From a virus: DNA of 64,000 nucleotides. Location: the IMG/VR virus record IMGVR_UViG_3300043449_002563, positions 5,492 to 69,491 of that record. One strand, written 5' to 3'. Positions 1 through 11,812 of the stretch are shown here, piece after piece (position 1 is the first letter of the stretch; each line of letters opens with the position of its first letter). The notes beneath the pieces were generated by a model. That model was not told where the DNA came from, did not search any database, and saw nothing but the letters and a program-made list of their open reading frames with translations. The translations under genes were made by a program, and so were the position numbers.

Positions 1-1
1 T

Positions 2-286
2 GTGGCTGGAAGTGTAACTGGAGAAGTTTATGTAGCAGGTTCAGATAATTGTTTGTACACTTTACATTTAACGCCAGCCGATAGAGCTGTTGAGGGAGAC
101 GAAGGCAGCTTGGACACCTCTGTAATTAATGGCAGAAGTATACAGAGGACAGGCTATTTTACTATTACAGAGAATGTAACGCAGGTAAAAGTTATGGAAA
201 TAAAAGATGAAGGATGTATAAATACACAAATACAACAATTACCAGAAGTAATACCGTTGGTTTGTTCTGGATATCCTAAAGGTTAA
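2..286 (+). CDS. 3' end of a large gene (starts upstream of window); C-terminal module shared with the next two RCC1-repeat proteins
   Basis: [27 protein letters not shown]...IQQLPEVIPLVCSGYPKG aligns by eye with the C-termini of 295..4407 and 4470..9050. Confidence 0.8.
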   Translation: MAGSVTGEVYVAGSDNCLYTLHLTPADRAVEGDEGSLDTSVINGRSIQRTGYFTITENVTQVKVMEIKDEGCINTQIQQLPEVIPLVCSGYPKG

Positions 287-294
287 GGTGTAAA

Positions 295-3200
295 ATGTCA
301 ATAAGTCCTATTTTTGTATGTGGTAATAATGCTTACGGACAGTTAGGTTTAAACGATAGTGTAGATCGTTATAGTCCAACGCAATTTTTAAGTGATAAGA
401 ATTGGGCAAAGGTTTTAGTAGGATCGCAATTTTTTTGTGGTATTACTGATACTGGGGACATGTGGGTTTGCGGCAAAAACAGTTCCGGCCAGTTGTGTCA
501 AAATGATACCGTATCTAGATCTAGCATAGTTCAATTTGGCCCATCAGGTGTTTGGCAAGATGTTACAAATGAATCTGACATAATAATTGCTTTACGAAAA
601 GACGGAACGCTTTGGTCTTCTGCTGGCTTCGATCAATATGGTACAAGCGCATACCCAGTTCCGCCAAATCCCCCCCTGTCCTCAGTAATTCAGATTGGTG
701 CTGAAAATGACTGGACACGTATTGCTCAGAGCAACATGGGTAAATGTACATTTGCTTGGAGAGGCAGTAATTTATATGGATGGGGATACAATGAATCCGG
801 TAATTTGGGTGTAGGCACGGTAATAAATTACTCAAGTCCTGTGTTGATCGATTCTTCAGGAACTTGGAGTATGATTCATTCGAGTGGAAACTACGGTTTT
901 TTCAACTACAGTATGGGTGTAAAAACTGATGGCACTTTATGGGCAGCAGGGGGGCTAGGTTATACTGCTGTTCTTGGAACTGGGGACTTGACAGCTGTTA
1001 GTTCGTGGACACAGGTAGGGAATGATACAAATTGGAGTTCTGTTGCTTGTGCTCTGGATTTCACTGTGGCTCTTAAAAAAGACGGAACATTATGGGCTTG
1101 GGGCTATAGAATAGAAATAGTTCCTAATGAAGGTTCCGATTTTTCTAGTCCAGTTCAAGTAGGACGAAGAAATAATTGGGTTGAAATTAGCGCAGGGCTT
1201 TCTACTGTTAGGGCGTTGAAAAATGATAATACTTTGTGGGTTGGTAAAGCTAATGTAAGTGGAGTTTTTGGTACTGGTTCTCTTGAACCATATAAGGTGA
1301 GTTTTCCTACACAAATAAATTCCAATGCCTTTTGGAATTCTCCAATAGGCGGTACTGGTGCTGCTATGTTTGGTGTAAAAATGGCTGATGGCCCAACACC
1401 GACACAAACACCTACTCCACCACCACCAACGGCAACCCCAGCACCGTGGCCAAGCTCAATTCCATCAACAGGGCAACTAGGTTGCATGGGAAGGCAGTCA
1501 AGTGGGGATTTTGGCAATAACACTCCTCGTGGAAACTATGGTTCTTTAGTAACCACAACTGCAAACGATTGGAAAAGTATTGCAACTGGAAATGATGATA
1601 GATCATATGCTAAGAAATCAGATAATACTTGGTGGTGTACTGGTTATAATTTTAATGGAGTTTTGGGAATAGGCATTGGTTCAAGTGTTGATTCTATAAG
1701 TAATTTTGTGCAATTTAGCCCTGATACAGATTGGACTAACATTTATTATGATTGGTATATCGGAGCTGGCACAAAAACAGATGGATCGTTGTGGACTTGG
1801 GGTACTGGAGGACTTAATGCTTACAATGGAAATATTTATTTGGAAAATACAAGTAGTCCTACACAATTAATATCTAGTGGAGTTATTTGGGTTGCAATTG
1901 GCGCAGGTGGAATGGCTATAAAAAATGACAACAGTATTTACGCTTGGGGTCCTCCAGCGGCAAAGTTAGGAACTACAGAGGTTTTATCGTCTCCAACGCA
2001 AATTTTTACTCCCGGCGTTTGGGCCAAATGTGCTATGACTCCTGATACATTATGGGGCAACCCAACGGATAACAGTGTGCTAATACGAACTGATGGCACA
2101 TTATGGACATGTGGAGCAAATTCTTATGGACAATTAGGTGTAAATAATACAATATCTGTTTCATCTCCTGTGCAAGTAGGAACAGAATCAACATGGACTC
2201 AATGTTGGGTTGGATATTATTCCACATTTGGTTTGAAGGCAGATAACACCTTGTGGTGCTGGGGTTACAATTATCAAGGTGTATTTGGAAATTTACAATC
2301 AGACAATTCTTTTAGTAGCCCTGTGCAAGTATTAGGCAACGTCGATTATGATAAAATCGTAGTAAATATAGATTATGTGGCGGCTATAGATAAAAGCAAA
2401 AATTTGTGGGTTTGGGGCAACAACAATTATCAGCAATTTGGATTAGGTGAGGGAATTGATACTTGTTTTAGCAGTCCTACTCAAGCTACTTGGTTGGGCA
2501 AAGGCTATCTTGATGTAGGCATACCTTATTTTTCTATACAGGGAATAGTTTTCCCTGCGTTAAGTCCTACACCCACAGGGTTGCCAGCTACAGCTACACC
2601 GACACCAACGCCTAGTGGCACGCCAGCGCCGACACCTAGTCCAACACCGACATTACCTGTTGTAACCAACATAAACTTCTTGGCGACTGAAAATGGTGCG
2701 ACATTAGACAGTGCAATAGTCAATGTAGGCAATGTCGATGCTTCTTACTTTGGGCCTAACGGTTATAATTTGAGCATGAATACAGCCGCAGGTTATACTG
2801 CAATTGGCACATTATTCACAAACAATAGTAACACTAATAATATTAAAAGAAGCGTTAAGAATTTTACTTCGGCTTCAACTTTTACAGGACGTGGATCATA
2901 TGCAGCGCCTTTTAATATGGTTGTAGATTTAGGTCAGATAAGAACATTCAATCAGCTTCGGGCCTATCAATCCCAAGGCAATGGCAGATGTACTGCGATT
3001 GCGCTCGATATTTCGTCTGATGGCAATCTCAATTCTTATTCATCGCCAAATTGGACACAGGCTTGTCCATACATAAAAGTAGAAAATCTTGTATCTGGCT
3101 ATTTTGCAAACTTCCCCGATACTACTGCAAGATATATAAGATTAAGATTGTATAATGATGGGACTATTGGCGGAGCCCCTTACACACAACTATATAATGC

Positions 3201-4407
3201 AAAGTTATTTTATGTTCCCCAAGATAGAGCAAATTTTGCAGCAATTGATAATGGTGCAACTCTTGGAGGTGCTATAGTTGGAGGTGGCAATGTTAGTAGC
3301 AATTACTATGGGCCTAGCGGTTTTAATTTGAGCATGAATACAGCCGCAAACTACACTGCTCCTCAATGTTTGTTCACAAATAGCAACAACACAAACACCA
3401 TTGCCAGAAGCATTAAAAAAAATGGCTTTGCATCGACATTTTATGGCAAAGGTTCTGCTGGTAGTCCGTTCTATATCGTGGTAGATTTGGGTCAAGAAAG
3501 AACCTTCAATCAGGCAAGATATTATCAAACTTTTGAATCTGCCAAAACAACCCATGCTGCACTTGATATTTCTTCTGATGGTAATCTCAATACTTATTCT
3601 TCACCAAACTGGACACAGGTTTCTAGTTATACTGTATTGGATAACAGCAACACTTCTGCTGGTGTTGCTGCAAACTTCCCTGATACTACTGCAAGATATA
3701 TAAGATTGAGAATATACAATGATGGCAGATATAAAGGCGCTGCTTATACACAATTTTACAACTTCAAGTTGTTTTATACTGTGCCTGCACCTGCTGTTGC
3801 TGTGCCTTATGCTTTGAATATGCGATACTCAACATTAACCGCCACAGCCTTGGCTGTGGCACCGCCAGTGTATGAGGACGGCGTCGAGTTTAACAGTGAT
3901 GCAGGAACCGACATAGAATTAATGATTCAGTTTTTACAGGATAGTCCTAATCCCAAACAGTGGTTTATCGAATTAACTAATGACAGTCTAGTTAACATGT
4001 TAATTACTATCGGAAGCTATGTCTATGTTGTAGAACCATCTAATTATTTTAGCATCACGACTATGATGCCATTTGGTCAGAAAATAACAGTTCAAAGTGC
4101 CTCTAATTCTGATTTTACCACTAGTTCTGTGTTTGGCAAGGTTTTATCTCTGCCAACTCCCGATCCTACGCCAACTGAGTATGTAAAATTACAGCCAAAT
4201 TTAATTGCTGCCGAAGGCTCTCCCGGCAGTGTTGACACAAGTTTGTTGAATGGTCAGAGCATTCAGCAAACAGCTTATTTGACAATTACGCAAGACTTTA
4301 ATCAAGTAAAGGTTATGGAATTGCCAAATGGCGCACCAATTGACCAATCTATACAGCAATTGCCACAGGTAATACCGTTGGTTTGTTCTGGTTATCCACA
4401 AGGTTGA
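295..4407 (+). CDS. RCC1/BLIP-II-like beta-propeller repeat protein with two discoidin (F5/8 type C)-like domains, Pro/Thr linkers and shared C-terminal module; probable virion surface/fibre protein
   Basis: Repeated (K/R)xDGTLWxWGxNxxGQLG...SSPVQ units in two blocks; duplicated NF(L/A)Ax(E/D)NGATL...VVDLGQxRTFNQ...TARYIRLR(L/I)Y domain. Confidence 0.85.
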   Translation: MSISPIFVCGNNAYGQLGLNDSVDRYSPTQFLSDKNWAKVLVGSQFFCGITDTGDMWVCGKNSSGQLCQNDTVSRSSIVQFGPSGVWQDVTNESDIIIALRKDGTLWSSAGFDQYGTSAYPVPPNPPLSSVIQIGAENDWTRIAQSNMGKCTFAWRGSNLYGWGYNESGNLGVGTVINYSSPVLIDSSGTWSMIHSSGNYGFFNYSMGVKTDGTLWAAGGLGYTAVLGTGDLTAVSSWTQVGNDTNWSSVACALDFTVALKKDGTLWAWGYRIEIVPNEGSDFSSPVQVGRRNNWVEISAGLSTVRALKNDNTLWVGKANVSGVFGTGSLEPYKVSFPTQINSNAFWNSPIGGTGAAMFGVKMADGPTPTQTPTPPPPTATPAPWPSSIPSTGQLGCMGRQSSGDFGNNTPRGNYGSLVTTTANDWKSIATGNDDRSYAKKSDNTWWCTGYNFNGVLGIGIGSSVDSISNFVQFSPDTDWTNIYYDWYIGAGTKTDGSLWTWGTGGLNAYNGNIYLENTSSPTQLISSGVIWVAIGAGGMAIKNDNSIYAWGPPAAKLGTTEVLSSPTQIFTPGVWAKCAMTPDTLWGNPTDNSVLIRTDGTLWTCGANSYGQLGVNNTISVSSPVQVGTESTWTQCWVGYYSTFGLKADNTLWCWGYNYQGVFGNLQSDNSFSSPVQVLGNVDYDKIVVNIDYVAAIDKSKNLWVWGNNNYQQFGLGEGIDTCFSSPTQATWLGKGYLDVGIPYFSIQGIVFPALSPTPTGLPATATPTPTPSGTPAPTPSPTPTLPVVTNINFLATENGATLDSAIVNVGNVDASYFGPNGYNLSMNTAAGYTAIGTLFTNNSNTNNIKRSVKNFTSASTFTGRGSYAAPFNMVVDLGQIRTFNQLRAYQSQGNGRCTAIALDISSDGNLNSYSSPNWTQACPYIKVENLVSGYFANFPDTTARYIRLRLYNDGTIGGAPYTQLYNAKLFYVPQDRANFAAIDNGATLGGAIVGGGNVSSNYYGPSGFNLSMNTAANYTAPQCLFTNSNNTNTIARSIKKNGFASTFYGKGSAGSPFYIVVDLGQERTFNQARYYQTFESAKTTHAALDISSDGNLNTYSSPNWTQVSSYTVLDNSNTSAGVAANFPDTTARYIRLRIYNDGRYKGAAYTQFYNFKLFYTVPAPAVAVPYALNMRYSTLTATALAVAPPVYEDGVEFNSDAGTDIELMIQFLQDSPNPKQWFIELTNDSLVNMLITIGSYVYVVEPSNYFSITTMMPFGQKITVQSASNSDFTTSSVFGKVLSLPTPDPTPTEYVKLQPNLIAAEGSPGSVDTSLLNGQSIQQTAYLTITQDFNQVKVMELPNGAPIDQSIQQLPQVIPLVCSGYPQG
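2671..3780 (+). repeat. Internal tandem duplication (~550 nt x2) encoding two discoidin-like domains
   Basis: Near-identical DNA segments, e.g. aatttgagcatgaatacagccgca near 2767 and 3325; gatactactgcaagatatataagatt near 3118 and 3682. Confidence 0.85.
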
Positions 4408-4469
4408 TATTTGCAAAATATTTTTGTATGTTTTCCAAATGGTTCCAATAAATACTTTGGAGAAATAAT

Positions 4470-7400
4470 ATGACTGATATATCATTATTTGCATGTGGCG
4501 ATAACCAAAATGGCCAATTGGGTTTAAATGACCGCAATAATAGAAGCACGTTTATTCAGATTGGTGCCGAAGGAGATCATAATTGGAGGCAAGTGCCACA
4601 ACAAGGAAGCACAGAATGTGCAACCGTTGCTATTGATGGAAATGGAAATATTTGGACATGGGGAAGAGGTCAATTTGGAACACATGGAAATAATTTTAGT
4701 GATGGCGGAATTAGTTCGCCTTCTCAGCTAACAACATCTGGAGATTGGGCTTCTTTTTATGCCGCACCTTACACCGTATATGCTTTAAAAAATACTGGTA
4801 AATTATGGGGATGGGGTCGTAATAGTTATGGACAGCTAGGGCAGGATAATTACATAGATTTCAGCAGTCCAATTCAAATTGCAGCCGATAAAAATTGGAT
4901 TTATATTTTCGGTGCAGATAAAACTTTTTTTGGCATTGATGATAATGAGGATTTATGGGTATGTGGGCAAACCGGGCCTAATACAGGAATTAGCGGCGGA
5001 TATATTACAAGGCCGTCTCCGGTTATGGTTTCTAAAAATCCTGATGAATACTGGTACTCAGTTGTTTCCGACGACATATCATCTGTGGCAATAAAAAAAA
5101 TATATCAAGGTGGTACATTTTACTACTATCTTTTTTCCACAGGTCAAAATAATTATGGACAGCTTGGACTAAACAATACCACAGATGTTTCTTCATGGAC
5201 TATGATAGGAAGCAGCGGCACTTGGAGAAGTATTTGTGCTGGAGAGAATTATTTTGGCGCTTTTAAAGCGGATAATACAGGTTGGGCTTGGGGAAGAAAT
5301 GACGTGGGGCAGCTAGCACAATTTAATTTTAACAATATAAGCAGTCCAGTTCAAATTCTTGCATCTGGGCCTGATAGGTCTTTGGGTATATTTGGAAAAA
5401 GTACTTATATTACTCTATCGAATCCCGGTTCCCAATTAGCTGGAACAGGAGCCAATGAATCTGGTCAATTAGGTATTAACAATAATATAAATCAAGATTA
5501 TTATGAGTTAGTTAATACAACTTTTCTTACCAAACCAAATAAGAAATTAAATCCATCTTCTGGTTTTAGCAAATCTTTTTATGTATTAAATTTTACAATA
5601 ACCCCAACACCGACTCCGCAGCCAACTAGTCTTCCTAGTACTGTAGATTTTGGATGGGGTGATAATGGTACGGGTCGGCTTGGATTAAATAATACTGGTT
5701 ATTATAGCAGCCCTGTTGTTGCGGTTGGCAAAAACTGGATTCAATCTCCCACTGGAAATGATGGCACAATGGCGGGAATAGATTCCAACGGAAATATATG
5801 GTGTGCTGGGCTTAACAACAACGGACAAATTGGCGATAACACTGCTATAAACAAAAGTAGTTTTGTACAAATAACGACATCTGGAAACTGGGTATCTGTT
5901 TCTGGTAATTCTACAAACAAAAATGCATTTATAGCATTGAATTCATCTGGCCAGCTTTGGGGCTGGGGACAAAACGCATACGGATCTTTGGGTGTAGGCG
6001 CAAATACAAACTTTAGTTCTATGATTCAAGTTCATGCTGATAAAACATGGACTGATTTTTCGATGAGCGGATCTACCTGTCTGGCTCTCGATGATTCCGG
6101 CATTCTTTGGGCTTGGGGTCAAAATAGTTTTGGTATATTTGGAATTAACAATGCCTCACCAGCATCATCTAGTTCGCCAGTACAGGTGTTAGGATCTGCT
6201 AGTGAAACGTGGTTGTCTTTTCAGGTAGCGAGAGATGGCGCTGTTGCTATAAAGCAAAAAAATACGGGTGAAAAATTTATTGCAAGCATTGGCTCAGGTT
6301 CTAGTGGTGCTAATGGAATCGGCAATACATTAAATCAAAGTTCTTGGGTAATGGTTGGTAATTACGAAGATTGGAAATCTTGTTCGGTTGGTTACAATGG
6401 TATTTCTAAAGGCGCACTTACAAATGATGGTAGATTGTATGTTTGGGGTAATAATGGATTTGGAAAATTAGGCAATAATAGCATCCTTGACGTTTCTACA
6501 CCAATACAGGTATCTGGTAGTTGGCAGCTTTTCAGAATGGAGTCGTCCTCTACTTTGGCAATTGACAACTATGGAAAAGTTTATTCTTGGGGCAGAAATA
6601 ATCTTGGGCAATTAGGAACAAATACAGTTGTAAATTCATCAATTCCAATACAAATATTGGAAGGCAATGTGCCAACTTATTATTCTATTAATGAATTGCA
6701 ATCAACCACTTATGTAGACACTGGGAATCCTGCTAATAAATCTGGTGAACTTTGGGGCATAGGCAGAAATCTGCAGGGACAATTAGGCAATGGTATAAAA
6801 TTAAATACATCGAATTTTATACAATTATCTTCTTTTGCATGGGGAAGCAAGTATCCTATTGCAGCACAAAGATCTGGATACGTATTAGATTCAAGTAATG
6901 AATTATGGGGATGGGGTTATAATGGCGACGGTCAATTCGGAATCGATACCACAATCAGTACTTCTAGTCCAACCCAATTAACTAATTTTCTTTTTTATAA
7001 ATTCAGTAATTTTTCTGCTGGAGCCGCTAATACTTATGGCATAACAAGTAACTTTGAACTTTATGCTACTGGATTTAACTCATTTGGTTATGTTGGTGAT
7101 GACACTGTTATTGCTAAATCTTCTTATGTTCAAATTGCCGGTGCTTGGCAGGAGGTTTGGGTTAGCCGAACAGAGAATGCTGACACTTCGGTATGGGCAC
7201 GTGACGATGGAAATAATATTCATTGTTGGGGTCGTAATAATTTTGGACAATTAGGCACAAATAATGTGGTAAGCACATCATCTCCAATACTTATCAGTAG
7301 CACACAAGATTGGTCATACATTGCGCCCGGATATCAAGTTACTGTTGGTATAAAAACAGATGGTAGTTTGTGGGCGACAGGCCGAAATAATTTCGGTCAA

Positions 7401-9050
7401 TTAGGTTTGGGAAATACTGTTAGCACTAGCACTATGACTCAAGTCGGAACATCAAAAGATTGGGCAAGTGTCGAACTATCTAAGTCTAATTTGTTTGCCT
7501 TAAAAGTAGATGGCAGTTTGTGGGGATGCGGAAGAAACTTGGTTGGATCTCTTGGATTAAATAATACCATTGCTTATTCTTCTTTGGTTCAAATAGGTTC
7601 TGATACTGATTGGTATTCTGTTTCGGCAGGTGCAAATACCGTTGCTGGCATCAAGCGGGATGGAACCATGTGGGTTTGGGGACAAAATAGCTACGGACAG
7701 CTTGATAATGGTAATCAATTAAATGTTAGCAGTCCAATTCAAACATCCTTAAATGACAATCTATGGCAAAGTGTTTCTGTTGGCACTGATTTTATACTCG
7801 GTTTTAGGTATCCGGCTCCTACAGCTTCGCCTTCGCCTACGCCAACACCTAGCGGCACTGAGCCTACGGCAACGCCAACACCTAGTGGCACTGAGCCTAC
7901 GGCAACACCTACGGCAACACCTAGTGCAACACCTAGTGCAACACCTAGCGCAACACCTAGTGCAACACCTAGCGCAACACCTAGCGCAACACCTAGCGCT
8001 ACACCTAGCGCTACACCAAGTGCTACACCTAGCGCTACACCTAGTCCGACACCTAGTGCAAGTCCTACGCCAACTCCAAGTGGCACAGAGCCAACACCGA
8101 CAGCAACATTACAGCCGACCCCAACGGCTACGTCATTACCAAACCCGACAGCAACTGCAATGCCATCGCCAACGGCTACGGCACCACCAACGCCAACAGC
8201 TACCGCATCGCCAACACCAACTCCTCTGCCAACACCTCCGGGCGGCTATTATTATTACAATTTGTTAGATTGTTCTTTGAGCTATAACAAAGTGGGGCGC
8301 AGTAGTAAGAGCCCATCTCAAATGGCAGCAACTCCTAATTGGTTTGTTGGACCAACTCTTTGCTTTACAATTGTTGGATATGAAGTTGGCCCAGCATATG
8401 ACTATGATCTAGATGCCACCACTTCGGCTCCTATTAATGGTTGTGATGCGCCAGTATGCGGCACTCCAGTAATTGATGTTGTTAGCCAAACAGGATTTAA
8501 TACCAGCACCATGCTTCCGAATGCAGATGGTATCGAATACTACAACTTTGGAACATTAGGCAATCTAAGTCTGACATTCCAGAATGTTTCTTGTAAATCA
8601 CAAGCAGTTATGGTTGGATTGTTCAATAATTCTACCGAAACCATGTTGGTTAATGTAAATGGCATCAACATACCTGTATACGCAGGACAAAGCTTGGCGC
8701 AAATATTCACAATAAAAAGCAATGCACTTGTTACAGTAAATAGCTTGTCTCCAAGCACATTTACCTTCGATACTGTGCGTGGTCAAATTTATGTGGCAAG
8801 GCCTTCACAATGTGCTTACATTGCGAAGCTTACACCTACCATGAGGGCGGTTGAAGGAGACGAAGGAAGTTTGGACACTTCTGTTGTGAATGGAATAAGC
8901 CAGCAAAGAAATGCCTATATAACCATAGTTGAGAACGGACGTGTAAAAGTTATTGAAACGAAAATAGATGAGAACAATTGTTTCAATACCAACATCCAGC
9001 AATTACAGGATGTTCTTCCGCTTGAGTGCTCTGACTGTGACGAGTGTTAA
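4470..9050 (+). CDS. RCC1-like repeat protein (three propeller blocks) with long PSAT/PT linker, beta-rich domain and shared C-terminal module
   Basis: Many WGxNxxGQLG and SSPxQI repeats; GGAG SD and TAAATA upstream. Confidence 0.85.
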   Translation: MTDISLFACGDNQNGQLGLNDRNNRSTFIQIGAEGDHNWRQVPQQGSTECATVAIDGNGNIWTWGRGQFGTHGNNFSDGGISSPSQLTTSGDWASFYAAPYTVYALKNTGKLWGWGRNSYGQLGQDNYIDFSSPIQIAADKNWIYIFGADKTFFGIDDNEDLWVCGQTGPNTGISGGYITRPSPVMVSKNPDEYWYSVVSDDISSVAIKKIYQGGTFYYYLFSTGQNNYGQLGLNNTTDVSSWTMIGSSGTWRSICAGENYFGAFKADNTGWAWGRNDVGQLAQFNFNNISSPVQILASGPDRSLGIFGKSTYITLSNPGSQLAGTGANESGQLGINNNINQDYYELVNTTFLTKPNKKLNPSSGFSKSFYVLNFTITPTPTPQPTSLPSTVDFGWGDNGTGRLGLNNTGYYSSPVVAVGKNWIQSPTGNDGTMAGIDSNGNIWCAGLNNNGQIGDNTAINKSSFVQITTSGNWVSVSGNSTNKNAFIALNSSGQLWGWGQNAYGSLGVGANTNFSSMIQVHADKTWTDFSMSGSTCLALDDSGILWAWGQNSFGIFGINNASPASSSSPVQVLGSASETWLSFQVARDGAVAIKQKNTGEKFIASIGSGSSGANGIGNTLNQSSWVMVGNYEDWKSCSVGYNGISKGALTNDGRLYVWGNNGFGKLGNNSILDVSTPIQVSGSWQLFRMESSSTLAIDNYGKVYSWGRNNLGQLGTNTVVNSSIPIQILEGNVPTYYSINELQSTTYVDTGNPANKSGELWGIGRNLQGQLGNGIKLNTSNFIQLSSFAWGSKYPIAAQRSGYVLDSSNELWGWGYNGDGQFGIDTTISTSSPTQLTNFLFYKFSNFSAGAANTYGITSNFELYATGFNSFGYVGDDTVIAKSSYVQIAGAWQEVWVSRTENADTSVWARDDGNNIHCWGRNNFGQLGTNNVVSTSSPILISSTQDWSYIAPGYQVTVGIKTDGSLWATGRNNFGQLGLGNTVSTSTMTQVGTSKDWASVELSKSNLFALKVDGSLWGCGRNLVGSLGLNNTIAYSSLVQIGSDTDWYSVSAGANTVAGIKRDGTMWVWGQNSYGQLDNGNQLNVSSPIQTSLNDNLWQSVSVGTDFILGFRYPAPTASPSPTPTPSGTEPTATPTPSGTEPTATPTATPSATPSATPSATPSATPSATPSATPSATPSATPSATPSATPSPTPSASPTPTPSGTEPTPTATLQPTPTATSLPNPTATAMPSPTATAPPTPTATASPTPTPLPTPPGGYYYYNLLDCSLSYNKVGRSSKSPSQMAATPNWFVGPTLCFTIVGYEVGPAYDYDLDATTSAPINGCDAPVCGTPVIDVVSQTGFNTSTMLPNADGIEYYNFGTLGNLSLTFQNVSCKSQAVMVGLFNNSTETMLVNVNGINIPVYAGQSLAQIFTIKSNALVTVNSLSPSTFTFDTVRGQIYVARPSQCAYIAKLTPTMRAVEGDEGSLDTSVVNGISQQRNAYITIVENGRVKVIETKIDENNCFNTNIQQLQDVLPLECSDCDEC
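7920..8039 (+). repeat. 12-nt coding tandem repeat x10 (Pro-Ser-Ala-Thr)
   Basis: cctag(t/c)gc(a/t)aca units read directly. Confidence 0.95.
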
Positions 9051-9763
9051 AATGTGCCAGTCCAGTGGTGCATTTTAAATTCTTCGTACATGCGTTTTTT
9101 TTCTAATTCGTAATCTATCAAGTCAAACTCTGGTGTTGCTTTAAACACCAGAGTGTCTTTCCATGGGACTTCCCTGTAGGTTTTTGCAAAGCCAGTTTTT
9201 TCAATTTGTTCTCTTAATTTTTGCATGGTGTCCTCGCCGGGACTTGATTCAATTACTTGTCCAGTAAGATTTTTAGTGACTGCGTTCATGTATGTCTGCG
9301 GACCCAAACCGTAAATGTGGTTCCATCCCATGCGTCTTCTGTGCATGTTTAAATTAGCAGCGTCTAAAAACATAGGATTATTTGGAGCGCACAGCATTAA
9401 GTCCTGTGAAAAATCATGATCAAGATGAGTGGGCAATACACAACGAATGCCATCTGTGACTATTTTTGATAAAGGAATATTGTAAAATCTATCTAAATCT
9501 ATGTAAAGGCCGCCTTCAAGGTACATTTTTAGCAGCCGCCATAAGTCTAATTTTTCTACTATGGTTTTTTGTTTTATCAATTCGTAATCAATTTGACTTA
9601 TGTTTTCTTTTAAATAAGCGTCAACTTTTTCGTCATTGCTAAAATAAACTTTCCAGTCGGCATTCAATTTGATGAGGTTTTGAAGCCCTTGTTGGATCAT
9701 AAATGATTTGCCAGAAAATATTTTATCTGTCTTCCAAGAAATATGTACAATTTTTGGTATCAT
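9047..9763 (-). CDS. Glycosyltransferase, GT32/OCH1-like (DxD sugar-binding)
   Basis: [10 protein letters not shown] start, [19 protein letters not shown] and GP motifs; ATG at 9763 preferred to the ORF-track start. Confidence 0.8.
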   Translation of the reverse strand: MIPKIVHISWKTDKIFSGKSFMIQQGLQNLIKLNADWKVYFSNDEKVDAYLKENISQIDYELIKQKTIVEKLDLWRLLKMYLEGGLYIDLDRFYNIPLSKIVTDGIRCVLPTHLDHDFSQDLMLCAPNNPMFLDAANLNMHRRRMGWNHIYGLGPQTYMNAVTKNLTGQVIESSPGEDTMQKLREQIEKTGFAKTYREVPWKDTLVFKATPEFDLIDYELEKKRMYEEFKMHHWTGTF

Positions 9764-9871
9764 GTAATTAATATAGTTTAAATTTTTGCGCAATGCTATT
9801 TTGATTAAAATGATTATTTGTTTGGATTAATACGTCTTTCAATTGAATTGTTGTTCGGTTAGAATTCTTTT

Positions 9872-11377
9872 ATGGACCTAACCGATGAACAGAAATCAAT
9901 TGTCTCGCAGTTGTCTAAGACAGAAGAAAATTCTGTCAAATACAATTGGGATGAAAATTTTCAACGCAGAATTATTGGAATGGCGCTCACGGATGGGCAA
10001 TTCCTTTTACAAGCTATTAGTCTAATTAAACCAGAATATTTTAACAACGAATGCCATTTTCTTACATGCAAAAAGCTTTTTGAATATTTTGAAACTTACA
10101 AAAATATTCCAGAGAAATTTGTAATTCAGGATCTTATCAACAAAGATATTGCTACAAAAGACGACCCTGTAAAGATTTATTTCAGCGCAGAGTTAGAGTC
10201 TATTTACGAAGCTTTTGTACCAACAGCAAATTCGAGAGATATTTTATTAGATAAAGTCTTGAAATTTGCAAGAATTCAAGAACTCAAGATTGCTATGAGC
10301 ATAAGTACTAAGGAATTGAAGGAAAAACCAGAAGACCAAGAGGTTTGGGAAAAAGCCGAAGAAAGAATTAAAAAGGCTTTATCAACTAACAAAACAGTTG
10401 ATTCTGGTTATGATTTTTTGGTAGATAGGGAGAAATTTTATCAAGAACTCAGTGTAGCCACTAGTGGTGTAGAAAAGTTTAGTCCCGGACTACACATGAT
10501 TGACAGCCTTGTGAAAAGTGGCTGGCAGAGGGGAGAACTGCACGCATATATGGCCCTTACTGGGCAAGGTAAATCATTAGCCCTTTCAAAAGTAGCAGTC
10601 GAAAATCTCAAACGACACAAGAAGGTAGTATTTATAAGCTTGGAATTAGCTTGGGTTACAGTATGCCAGAGATTTGTTGGACAATTTGCACAGGTTGATA
10701 TTAACGAAATTCTTCAACAAAAACATAATGTTGAGGAAGTATTTGAAGAATATCTTAAGGATTTGCAAGACAAAAACCTTTTTAATGTTAAACAATATGC
10801 TCTCGGTAGTCCTACTGTCATGGATATCAGGGCGTATTTGACTAACTTAAAATCCAAAGGTTTTAACTTTGATGTCGTAATTGTGGACTATGCCGGCGAA
10901 GTTAAACAATACTCCGGTGTTAAAACCTACGAATCCCAAGCCATGATTATGCGTGACTTAAAGTGTCTTGCTCAGGAAGAGAATTGCGTAGTAGTTACCG
11001 CTATGCAAAGCAATAAAGAAGGCACAAGGCTAGGGGAAGCTGAAAGTTTAAATTTGGGCAATATTGCAGCTAGTTTTGATCAAGCACAAAAATTAGATAG
11101 TATATGGTCAATTACTAGAAGTCCAGATGAGGTCAACGCAGGGCTTGGTAGAGTTACCGGCATCAAGGTGAGAAACGGTCAGACAGGATCTGTTTTTCCC
11201 GTAAGATTCAATAGAAACACCTTGGACATCAACTGTATAACAGATAGCGAATACAAAACAGTCATGCAGGAGTACAGAGAACGCATGGCCGGTGCTGTTG
11301 AAGAAATCAACATGGACAACAGAAACAATCGCAGGACTAGAGTAGAAAGGAATGCGGTAGAAGACGATGAAGAATGA
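9872..11377 (+). CDS. Replicative DnaB/T4 gp41-like SF4 helicase
   Basis: Walker A ALTGQGKS, FISLEL, VIVDYA, TAMQSN, KVRNG. Confidence 0.9.
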   Translation: MDLTDEQKSIVSQLSKTEENSVKYNWDENFQRRIIGMALTDGQFLLQAISLIKPEYFNNECHFLTCKKLFEYFETYKNIPEKFVIQDLINKDIATKDDPVKIYFSAELESIYEAFVPTANSRDILLDKVLKFARIQELKIAMSISTKELKEKPEDQEVWEKAEERIKKALSTNKTVDSGYDFLVDREKFYQELSVATSGVEKFSPGLHMIDSLVKSGWQRGELHAYMALTGQGKSLALSKVAVENLKRHKKVVFISLELAWVTVCQRFVGQFAQVDINEILQQKHNVEEVFEEYLKDLQDKNLFNVKQYALGSPTVMDIRAYLTNLKSKGFNFDVVIVDYAGEVKQYSGVKTYESQAMIMRDLKCLAQEENCVVVTAMQSNKEGTRLGEAESLNLGNIAASFDQAQKLDSIWSITRSPDEVNAGLGRVTGIKVRNGQTGSVFPVRFNRNTLDINCITDSEYKTVMQEYRERMAGAVEEINMDNRNNRRTRVERNAVEDDEE

Positions 11378-11801
11378 GATTATAATTGATGCAGAAATTT
11401 GGGAAATAGACTCTGAAAATTTAAAATTTTCAGATGCTACATTAAACTCATTTTTCGAAAAGGTAAGTGGCATAATTGACTATGTTGGTGCCGGATTGGC
11501 TAAGGCTAATATGTGGCACACCATGATGGAACATTCATACAAACAGAAGTACATTCAAAAGTACAAGGAATTCAAGGAGCAGGGCAAAAGTGATAAAACA
11601 GCCGAGCTTAGTGCTGAAGGCGATGAAGAAGTTTCAGCTATTAAGCTGAAAGCAATTCAGGCCAAGTATCACAAGGACTTGCTTTACAGCCATCTGCAAG
11701 CATTAAATTCTGCCAGAGAAGATGCTCATAATCGTGGGCACATGCTGCGCAAAGAAATGGCTAAACTTAATATGGACATCATGTCTCCTTCAGAGTTTTA
11801 A
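11367..11801 (+). CDS. UvsY-like recombination mediator (putative)
   Basis: 144-aa helical protein with a KSDKTAELSAEGDEE segment, next to the helicase and near SSB/RecA; positional and weak sequence resemblance. Confidence 0.55.
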   Translation: MKNEIIIDAEIWEIDSENLKFSDATLNSFFEKVSGIIDYVGAGLAKANMWHTMMEHSYKQKYIQKYKEFKEQGKSDKTAELSAEGDEEVSAIKLKAIQAKYHKDLLYSHLQALNSAREDAHNRGHMLRKEMAKLNMDIMSPSEF

Positions 11802-11812
11802 GGGATTTGCAC

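Noticed and set aside
2671-3780. Diversity-generating retroelement TR/VR pair
   Set aside because: Both copies are in-frame domains of one protein, differences are not adenine-specific, and no reverse transcriptase is in the window
7739-8268. Alternative-frame and antisense ORFs (GVAL and QHL repeats), also at 60662-60985 and 62090-62473
   Set aside because: Shadows of Pro/Ser/Thr coding repeats
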